This document shows, piece by piece, positions 57,033-64,000 of a stretch of DNA of 64,000 bases; within the stretch, counting starts at the first letter, position 1; each line of letters starts with the position of its first letter. The notes below the pieces were generated by a model. It was not told the origin of the DNA. It saw only the letters and a program-made list of their open reading frames with translations, and ran no database searches. The DNA is from Candidatus Xenobia bacterium (GTDB lineage Bacteria; Vulcanimicrobiota; Xenobia; Xenobiales; QWHO01). The stretch covers positions 63,242 through 127,241 of the forward strand of contig BTUM01000010.1 in assembly GCA_045863235.1 (NCBI GenBank). Direction: 5' to 3'. Both the position numbers and the translations under genes were made by a program.

Positions 57033-57620
57033 ATGCGAGACACCGTCTACCTGCTCTTGTTCGACGGCTATGCCGACTGGGAGCCCGCCCTGGCAGCCTG
57101 CGAGATTCGCAAGCACGGGGGCTTCGAGCTGGTGACCGTCGGCTTCGACGACCACACCGTCACGTCGATGGGGGGTTTTCAGGTCCTGCCCGCCATCCGG
57201 CTCGATGACCTCGACCCCGAACGGGCCGTGATGCTGATCCTGCCGGGAGGCGACCGCTGGGAAGATCCCCCCGAAAGCAACGCCCTGGAGAAGGTATTGC
57301 TGGATCTGCGCCACCGCCATGTGCCGCTGGCGGCCATCTGTGGGGCCACTCTGGCCCTGGCCCGGGCAGGGCTGCTCAAGGGGATCAAGCACACCTCCAA
57401 CGGGCTGAATTACCTCGTCGAGCACGTCCCGAGCTACGACGAGGACGAGCTCTACCAGGAGGTGCCGGCCGTGCGCCACCGCCACATCATCACCGCCAAT
57501 GGAGCGGGGTATGTGGAATTCACCCGCGAGGTGCTGGGCCTGTTGCGCATCTACCCTGAGGACGAGCTGGAAATCTGGTACGATCTTTTCAAGAAAGGCG
57601 TCATGTCCGGGCTGCGCTGA
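57033..57620 (+). CDS. DJ-1/PfpI family protein
   Basis: DGYADWE, ILPGG, AAICGA, HTSN, ITANG. Confidence 0.88.
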   Translation: MRDTVYLLLFDGYADWEPALAACEIRKHGGFELVTVGFDDHTVTSMGGFQVLPAIRLDDLDPERAVMLILPGGDRWEDPPESNALEKVLLDLRHRHVPLAAICGATLALARAGLLKGIKHTSNGLNYLVEHVPSYDEDELYQEVPAVRHRHIITANGAGYVEFTREVLGLLRIYPEDELEIWYDLFKKGVMSGLR

Positions 57621-57621
57621 G

Positions 57622-58512
57622 ATGCTCGTGCGGCTTGGAACACGAGGCAGCGAGCTGGCCCTGGCTCAATCGATGCAGGTTGCCCGCCAACTCGAGAGTC
57701 TGCACCCGGGCCTGAGGGTCGAGACGCTGGTCATCAAGACCACGGGCGATCAGAAAGCCGACGTGCCCCTCTCCAGCCTGGGCGGCAAGGGGGCCTTCAC
57801 CCGGGAGATCGAGCACGCGCTGCTGGGCGGGCAGGTCGATCTGGCGGTGCATTCGCTCAAAGACCTGCCCACCACGCTGCCCGAGGGACTGGTGCTGGGT
57901 GCCGTGCCCGAACGACAGGATCCGCGAGACTGCCTGATCGCATCCGTCCCCCTGGGCGAGCTGCCGCCGGGAGCCCGGGTGGGCACTGGCAGCGCCCGCC
58001 GCGTGGGACAGCTGCGCCAGGCCCGCCCCGACCTGATCTTCGAAGGCATCCGAGGCAATCTTCCCACCCGGGTGGCCAAATGGCGGCGAGGGGAGTACCA
58101 GGCCATCGTGCTGGCCCTGGCCGGCCTCAACCGTCTGGGGCTGGAAGCTTGTGGACTGGAGCCCCACGAGCTGCACCCGCTCGATCCTTCCGTCTGCCTG
58201 CCGGCGCCCGGCCAGGGGGTGCTGGGCCTGGAGATCCGCGAGCACGACGAGCAGACGCGAGCCCTTCTGGCCCCACTCGAGCATCCCGAGAGCGCCCTGG
58301 CCATGCGGGTCGAGCGGGCCTTCCTGGCCGAGCTGGAGGGCAACTGCAGTCTGCCCGCCGGCTGCCTGGCCGAGTCCGGTCGCGAGGGGCTCTCCGCTCG
58401 AGGAGTGCTCGGCGACGCCGGCGGCGAGCGCCTGGCCCGCTCCAGCGCTCACGACCGTGACCCGGAGAGGCTGGGGCGAGAGCTGGCTCGCCAGCTGAAG
58501 GCTCAATTGTGA
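57622..58512 (+). CDS. hemC: Hydroxymethylbilane synthase
   Basis: GTRGSELA, TTGD, GKGAF, HSLKD, EGNCSLP. Confidence 0.95.
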   Translation: MLVRLGTRGSELALAQSMQVARQLESLHPGLRVETLVIKTTGDQKADVPLSSLGGKGAFTREIEHALLGGQVDLAVHSLKDLPTTLPEGLVLGAVPERQDPRDCLIASVPLGELPPGARVGTGSARRVGQLRQARPDLIFEGIRGNLPTRVAKWRRGEYQAIVLALAGLNRLGLEACGLEPHELHPLDPSVCLPAPGQGVLGLEIREHDEQTRALLAPLEHPESALAMRVERAFLAELEGNCSLPAGCLAESGREGLSARGVLGDAGGERLARSSAHDRDPERLGRELARQLKAQL

Positions 58513-59234
58513 CCGGGCGACGCATCGTGGTCACCCGGGCCCGCGAGAAGGCCGACGAGATGGCCGAGCAGCTGGAAGCGTTGGGAGCCCGGGTGGTCTT
58601 CTGCCCCACGATCCGCTATCTGCCCCCGGAAGAGCCGGATCGGCTCCGCTCGGCCCGCATCGCCGAGTATGACTGGATCCTGTTTACCAGCCCCCAGGGC
58701 GTGGCCTCCTTCTTCGAGCAACCCGGCCCTCCACCGCGCGCCCGCATCGCCTGCATCGGCCCGGCCACGGCCGCCGCCCTGCCCCAGGGGGTGGCCTGCG
58801 CGGTGCTGCCTGACCGATACGTGGCCGAAGGCCTGCTGGAAGCCCTGCGCCCTTATCCCATCGAGGGAATGCGCATCCTGCTGCCCCGGGCCGCCGAGGC
58901 CCGCGAGGTGCTGCCCGAGACCCTGCGCGCCCGTGGAGCCGACGTGGATGTCGTGCCCGCCTACCGCACCGTGTCCGAGGACACGTTGAACCCTGAGGTT
59001 CTGGTCGGGCCGGTGGATGCGGTCACCTTCACCTCCTCCTCCACTGTGAAGGCCTTTCACAAGCTGCTGGCGGGCCGCCCCCTGGCTGGCTTCCCGGCGG
59101 CAGCCATCGGTCCCATCACGGCCCAGACCGCCGTCGAGCTGGGCTTCCCTCTGCTCGTGACGGCCTCCGAGCACACCATCTCAGGTCTCATCTCGGCTCT
59201 GCAAGGAGCCTTCCGGGGGGGGCAAGAAGGCTAA
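58509..59234 (+). CDS. hemD: Uroporphyrinogen-III synthase
   Basis: VVTRA, FTSPQGV, IGPATA, AYRT, FTSSSTV. Confidence 0.92.
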   Translation: MTGRRIVVTRAREKADEMAEQLEALGARVVFCPTIRYLPPEEPDRLRSARIAEYDWILFTSPQGVASFFEQPGPPPRARIACIGPATAAALPQGVACAVLPDRYVAEGLLEALRPYPIEGMRILLPRAAEAREVLPETLRARGADVDVVPAYRTVSEDTLNPEVLVGPVDAVTFTSSSTVKAFHKLLAGRPLAGFPAAAIGPITAQTAVELGFPLLVTASEHTISGLISALQGAFRGGQEG

Positions 59235-59240
59235 CCGGTC

Positions 59241-60212
59241 ATGACCTTTCCCACCGTGCGTCTGCGCCGCCTGCGGCGGACCCCAGAGCTGCGCTCCCTG
59301 GTCCGCGAGACTCGACTTTCCCCCCTCGACTTCATCCTGCCCCTTTTCGTGGTGCCGGGCGAGAACGTGCGCGAGGAGATCTCCGCTCTGCCGGGCCATG
59401 CCCACCTGAGCGTGGACCGACTTGTGGAGGAGGCCCGCGGTGCCTTCCAGGATGGAATCAGAGCGGTGATCCTGTTCGGTCTGCCCGAAGCCAAGGACCC
59501 GACCGGATCGTCCTCCCTGGCCTGGGACGGCCCCGTGCAGAAGGCCATCCAGGCCCTCAAGCGCGAGTTACCCGAGCTGGTCGTGATCACCGATGTCTGC
59601 CTGTGCCAGTACACCGACCACGGCCATTGCGGGGTGCTCGACCAGGGCGGGGTTGACAATGATGCCACCCTGGAGCTGCTGGCCGCAACCGCGCTGTCGC
59701 ACGCCAATGCGGGTGCCGACATGGTGGCCCCCTCGGACATGATGGATGGCCGCATCCAGGCCATCCGCACTCGACTCGACGAGGGCGGCTTTCACCAGGT
59801 GGCCATCATGGCCTACAGCGTGAAGTTCGCTTCGGCCTTCTACGGACCGTTCCGCGAGGCGGCCCACTCGGCCCCTTCCCACGGGGATCGCAAGAGTTAC
59901 CAGATGGACCCGGCCAACCGGCGCGAGGCCTGGCGCGAGGCCGAACTGGACGCGGCCGAGGGGGCCGACATCCTGATGGTCAAGCCTGCCCTGGCTTACC
60001 TCGACCTGATCCGCGATCTGCGCGAGCGCTTCCCTCATCCCCTGGCAGCCTACAACGTCAGCGGGGAGTATGCCATGATCAAGGCAGCCGCCGAGAGAGG
60101 CTGGGTGGACGAGCGGGCCATCGCCCTGGAGACCCTGACCGGCATCAAGCGGGCCGGGGCCGACCTGATCCTCACCTACCACGCCCGCGAGGCGGCCCGA
60201 TGGCTCGGCTGA
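59241..60212 (+). CDS. hemB: Porphobilinogen synthase (Zn type)
   Basis: [29 protein letters not shown]. Confidence 0.96.
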   Translation: MTFPTVRLRRLRRTPELRSLVRETRLSPLDFILPLFVVPGENVREEISALPGHAHLSVDRLVEEARGAFQDGIRAVILFGLPEAKDPTGSSSLAWDGPVQKAIQALKRELPELVVITDVCLCQYTDHGHCGVLDQGGVDNDATLELLAATALSHANAGADMVAPSDMMDGRIQAIRTRLDEGGFHQVAIMAYSVKFASAFYGPFREAAHSAPSHGDRKSYQMDPANRREAWREAELDAAEGADILMVKPALAYLDLIRDLRERFPHPLAAYNVSGEYAMIKAAAERGWVDERAIALETLTGIKRAGADLILTYHAREAARWLG

Positions 60213-61915
60213 TCCTGATTCTGCTCCTGCTCTGTCCGGCCTGGGCCCAGAAGGTGCCCTGCAAGACCGACCTGGTTCCAGGAGGAGAGCTGGCCGTCGA
60301 TACGCCTTCCGACGTGCTGGTGGACGCCAAACAGCGGGTTTTCCTGCTCTACGGCCGCGAGGGTGGGGCCGAGCTGCTCGACGCCCAGGGCCGGAGCCTG
60401 ATGAAGCTCGAGACCGGGGAAACCGAGCAACGACCGACTCGCTTCCGAGTTCACGCGCTCTGGACTGGCTCGGGCGCCCCCCCATCGCTGCTGGCCTCGC
60501 AAGACGGCCCCGAGGGGGCCGTGTGGGTGCTCACGCCCTCCGACAACAACCTGAGAGCGATCAGGCTGCGAGGCGCTCCCGAGCCCATCTCCGACCAGGC
60601 CGTGCTGGCTCGCGAAGGGGACCGCTACTACGTGCTGGACAACGCCACCAATCCCCCCCGGCTCTGGATCTTCTCCACCTCGGGCAGCTACGTCGCCAAG
60701 GGCAGCTTCCCGGGCCTGGCCCGGGTGCGCAAGATGGCCCTGGACCGCAATCACAACCTTTACGCTCTGGTGGACGCCGGCCTGGTGGTCTACAACCGGC
60801 TGGGCAGCAAGCGTTACACCCTGCCGGGAGCGCGCGCCTTCACGGTCAATCGCGAGGACCGCCTGGTCGCAGCCGGCGGTGAGTGGCTGCGCAAGTTCGA
60901 CCTGAAAGGCAACCTGCTGGCGGAAGGGCGCCCGCCACAGGGGGCCACCCAGCCCGAAGCCATGAGCCTGACCGCTGACGGCTCGATGTTCGTCTACTAT
61001 GCCGGGGGATTGCTGGCCCGCTTCGACCCCCGCGCCGAGCTCGAGGACGAGTCCAACTTCAACCCGGGAAGCTCGCCGGCCGGCTACGGGCTCGATTCCC
61101 AGGGCCGTCTGTTCACCTGGGACAACAGCGCCGAGCAGCTGATCATGCGCGCCCCCTCCGGGAAGGTGCTCAACCGGGCCGGCTACGTCCCGGGTGGCTT
61201 CTCGCCGGAAAAGCTGGTCAACCCTACCGACGCCACCCTGGCCCCGGACGGCACGATCTGGGTGGCCGAGGCCGGGGGCTGCCGCTTGCACCGCTACCAC
61301 CCCGAGCGGGGCTGGCTGGAGCCCATCGCCGTGGGCATCCGCGGAGGCGCCGCCCGGGCCGAGCCGCTGCAGGTCAAATCCGACCACCGGGGCGAGCTGC
61401 TCATGCTGGTGGCCCCGGCCGGGCGTCGCGGCAATCTGTTCATCCAGCGGCGCGACAGCAACGGCAAGCTGCTCGGCCAGAAAGACCTGGGACCCATCGG
61501 GCCCGGCGCGGTGGTCAAGCTCGCCGTCCAGCCCTCAGGCGAATACTACCTGTATCGCTCCGACACCAACCCTCGCCCCTCGCTCGAGCGCTTCGACTCA
61601 CGGGGCAATCGAATCGGCTTCGTGGGAGGCAAAGACCCCAACTTTACCCTGAGCAAAGGTGTAGCCACAGGCATCTTCCTCAAACCGGAAGAGGATCTGG
61701 TGGCCTACAAAGGCGGGGTGATCATCCCCACCGGGGGCCAGCTCATCTACATCGACTCCGAGCTCAAGATTTACAAGGTTCTGGCCCTGAGCCACCACCG
61801 CTCGGCGGCCGGGGCGCGGGTGACTCTCGATTTCGGAGGAGCCTGCTTTGCCGACGGAGTGCTCTACGTGACCGACATGTCCAACCAGTGCGTGCACAAG
61901 ATCGTGCTGCGCTGA
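60200..61915 (+). CDS. Secreted NHL/beta-propeller repeat protein
   Basis: Signal peptide; [30 protein letters not shown] repeats. Confidence 0.7.
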   Translation: MARLILILLLLCPAWAQKVPCKTDLVPGGELAVDTPSDVLVDAKQRVFLLYGREGGAELLDAQGRSLMKLETGETEQRPTRFRVHALWTGSGAPPSLLASQDGPEGAVWVLTPSDNNLRAIRLRGAPEPISDQAVLAREGDRYYVLDNATNPPRLWIFSTSGSYVAKGSFPGLARVRKMALDRNHNLYALVDAGLVVYNRLGSKRYTLPGARAFTVNREDRLVAAGGEWLRKFDLKGNLLAEGRPPQGATQPEAMSLTADGSMFVYYAGGLLARFDPRAELEDESNFNPGSSPAGYGLDSQGRLFTWDNSAEQLIMRAPSGKVLNRAGYVPGGFSPEKLVNPTDATLAPDGTIWVAEAGGCRLHRYHPERGWLEPIAVGIRGGAARAEPLQVKSDHRGELLMLVAPAGRRGNLFIQRRDSNGKLLGQKDLGPIGPGAVVKLAVQPSGEYYLYRSDTNPRPSLERFDSRGNRIGFVGGKDPNFTLSKGVATGIFLKPEEDLVAYKGGVIIPTGGQLIYIDSELKIYKVLALSHHRSAAGARVTLDFGGACFADGVLYVTDMSNQCVHKIVLR

Positions 61916-61950
61916 AGGACCTTGGCGCGGGGGTTGTCGAAACGGCGGGC

Positions 61951-62451
61951 ATGGATCCCAGACAAGTAGCGGGCATGGATCCGCGTCAGATGGCCGAGTT
62001 GCACCGCAACCGGGCCCGCCGTCATTATGAAGACGGCCAGATCAAGGATGCGGTGATCGAGCTCGAGCAGGCCATCCACAACGACCCGCGCGACGCCGAC
62101 GCGTGGCAGATGCTGGCCGAGATTTACGGGGCCGCCGGTTACGTCGAGCAGGCCGCGAGCTACATCCAGAAGTGTCTGCAGGAGAATTACCAGAACATCG
62201 ACGGCTGGGTCATGCTGGCCAACCTCTACGCCCAGTTGGGTGGCCCCTACCTGGACCTGGCGCTCCAACAGCTCGATCTGGCCATGAGCCTGGATGACAA
62301 CAACGCCAATGCCCACTACCTGCGGGGCAACATCCTGGCCCAGAAGGGCCAGAGCGAGAGCGCCGTGGCCAGCCTGAACAAAGCACTGAGCCTGGCCCCC
62401 GATCATCCCTTCGCCAAGCACGACCTGGAAGCCCTCAAAGCCCGCGCCTGA
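61951..62451 (+). CDS. Tetratricopeptide repeat protein
   Basis: About 4 TPR motifs (ADAWQMLA, ANAHYLRG, KALSLAP); start 61951 or 61975. Confidence 0.8.
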   Translation: MDPRQVAGMDPRQMAELHRNRARRHYEDGQIKDAVIELEQAIHNDPRDADAWQMLAEIYGAAGYVEQAASYIQKCLQENYQNIDGWVMLANLYAQLGGPYLDLALQQLDLAMSLDDNNANAHYLRGNILAQKGQSESAVASLNKALSLAPDHPFAKHDLEALKARA

Positions 62452-62500
62452 CTTCGAGCTCTGCTTTCGATTTTGCATCAGCCTGCTAGTGCTTTTGCGC

Positions 62501-63679
62501 TCAGGCCAGGGGTCGAAAGACTCCGAAGCACGAGGTGTAGCCGTGCAGGTAGGTGGTACCGCCAACCGGACCGATCTCGCCGTTGCAGAAAAACCCTCCG
62601 ATGGGAATGTCTCCCACCCGTCGGCGAAACAGCCTGCAATCGTGATCGGGCTCTCCGTAAAGGTAGTCACCCCGGCCCAGGCAGCTAAAGAGGAGAGCCC
62701 CCTCGGCGTCCTGGGCGGGCGCGGTGGCGCAGAAGCGGTCGAGCAGCTCGGTCAGGTCCTCGGCCGACGTCTCGCGGTCACGCAGGTGGAACTGCACCGT
62801 CTGGCCCACCCTGGGCCGGGCCCCGACCACCAGGTCCCCTCGTTTGTGGTCGATGCCGATCAGGTTGCGGATCAAGAAGTCGCCCCGGTGACAGTCCTGC
62901 TTGAACGGATCCATCTGAATGCCCAAAAAAAGGGAGTGTCCGGCCAGCTGCCGATCACGAGCCGGCAGCTGCGAGACCAGTTGGCGCAGCATCTCCAGGG
63001 GAGCGGTGCGATCGAGTTGGGTGACGTGGTTCTTCTCGGCTCCGGTGACCACCATCGGCTGGCCCACAGGACGACAGCCCTGGGCAACCACGGTGTCCAT
63101 GGCGATGGGACCACTGAGCGCCACCCCCACCAGCCCGGTCCGGATCAGGAAATTATCGCAAAGGAGCGCGTTGCCACCGGGAAAGGCGGCGTCGCTGGCC
63201 AGCCCCCCCACCTTGGGCTGGCCGGGGTAGGCGTAATCGAGCCCCAGAGCTGTCTCCTCCACCGGGAAGCTGAACGGGTCGGCCAGCAGGATGAAACAGG
63301 GATGGTCGGCCGGGTCCACCTTCAGCCATTCGTGCCAGCGCTCGGGAGCCCCGTCCAGGTCAGGCACCTCCATCTCTTGCAACTGGAACGTTTGGACTTT
63401 CACGCCGGGCAACCAGGCGGCCGTAATGCTGACGGCGGGAGAATGCTCCACTTCATGCCCATTGCCGATGATGCCCCCGCCCGAGCAGCCGATCAGGTGC
63501 CCCACATCAAGATTGCGGATCAGGTGGGCCGGCAACTCGCTGAACTGGCCGCGAAAAGCAGCACTGACAAAGACCAGGGCAAGGTCGGGGCGTCCGGCCG
63601 GATCGTCGAGCTGCTCGACACATTCCTCGATGGCCCTGACGAGGTTTGAGGCCTCGGAGAGGCTGGAGCGCCACCTCAT
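62501..63679 (-). CDS. FIST N/C domain protein
   Basis: IGCSGGG, LADPF, VGGLAS, VAQGCRP, FSCLGRG, GFFCNGEI. Confidence 0.9.
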   Translation of the reverse strand: MRWRSSLSEASNLVRAIEECVEQLDDPAGRPDLALVFVSAAFRGQFSELPAHLIRNLDVGHLIGCSGGGIIGNGHEVEHSPAVSITAAWLPGVKVQTFQLQEMEVPDLDGAPERWHEWLKVDPADHPCFILLADPFSFPVEETALGLDYAYPGQPKVGGLASDAAFPGGNALLCDNFLIRTGLVGVALSGPIAMDTVVAQGCRPVGQPMVVTGAEKNHVTQLDRTAPLEMLRQLVSQLPARDRQLAGHSLFLGIQMDPFKQDCHRGDFLIRNLIGIDHKRGDLVVGARPRVGQTVQFHLRDRETSAEDLTELLDRFCATAPAQDAEGALLFSCLGRGDYLYGEPDHDCRLFRRRVGDIPIGGFFCNGEIGPVGGTTYLHGYTSCFGVFRPLA

Positions 63680-63686
63680 TTCCTCA

Positions 63687-63715
63687 AGGCTATCGCGAAA
63701 AAGGCGAAATTTCAA
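63687..63715 (-). promoter_or_regulatory. Sigma70 promoter, leaderless
   Basis: TTGAAA-17nt-TAGCCT, 7 nt before ATG 63679. Confidence 0.7.
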
Positions 63716-63780
63716 GTCGAATGGCAGGCTTCACAGCGTAGAGGGCTACCCTGCAGGGGCACCGGCCCGATCCCACGGCG

Positions 63781-64000
63781 TGGGGCAAGTGCGCCAGCCG
63801 GAGCCCCACCGCCCACGGTGGGGAGCCCCACGCCAGGTGGTGGGGCAAGTGCGCCAGCCGGAGCCCCACCGCCCACGGTGGGGAGCCCCACGCCAGGTGG
63901 TGGGGCAAGTGCGCCAGCCGGAGCCCCACCGCCCACGGTGGGGAGCCCCACGCCAGGTGGTGGGGCAAGTGCGCCAGCCGGAGCCCCACCGCCCACGGTG
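63781..64000. repeat. Perfect 60-bp tandem repeat, at least 3.7 copies, runs off the window
   Basis: Unit TGGGGCAAGTGCGCCAGCCGGAGCCCCACCGCCCACGGTGGGGAGCCCCACGCCAGGTGG at 63781, 63841, 63901 and 63961 (partial). Confidence 0.97.

Noticed and set aside
63781..64000. CRISPR array
   Set aside because: Units are identical end to end with no unique spacers, and no cas genes are in the window.

Overview
GC-rich bacterial chromosomal window, almost fully coding, with no rRNA, tRNA, CRISPR array, transposase, integrase or phage gene recognised. TolC and lipoproteins indicate a diderm; a Terrabacteria-type lineage such as Vulcanimicrobiota/Eremiobacterota is only my impression from protein style. Left to right: a 13-kb envelope glyco/lipid locus (YghO/bCerS-like GNAT, three GT4s, DUF2334 deacetylase, MurJ-like flippase, three GT-C-like membrane proteins, FAD oxidoreductase); a phd-vapC toxin-antitoxin pair; an ABC ATPase-TolC-adaptor exporter; fabF-like; gpmA-kce-carboxyltransferase; a pilV/W/X-like minor pilin trio; a second vapBC; clpB; upp; a Cys-rich poly-Pro lipoprotein; pyrG; a truncated RecG-like helicase; a delta-9 desaturase; scoAB, two acyl-CoA dehydrogenases and etfBA; hemA-hemX; three effector-like enzymes; DUF2330 with a di-haem protein; hemCDB; NHL, TPR and FIST genes; and a 60-bp palindromic tandem repeat at the right edge. 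Best leads: a possible glycosphingolipid locus, lipid-acting enzymes with inserted glycine-zipper hairpins sharing a Pho-box-like promoter, a probable heteromeric acyl-CoA dehydrogenase pair, a wedge-less RecG-like ATPase, a required CTG start, many leaderless promoters and a structured intergenic RNA candidate. All family calls come from motif recognition by eye, not database searches.
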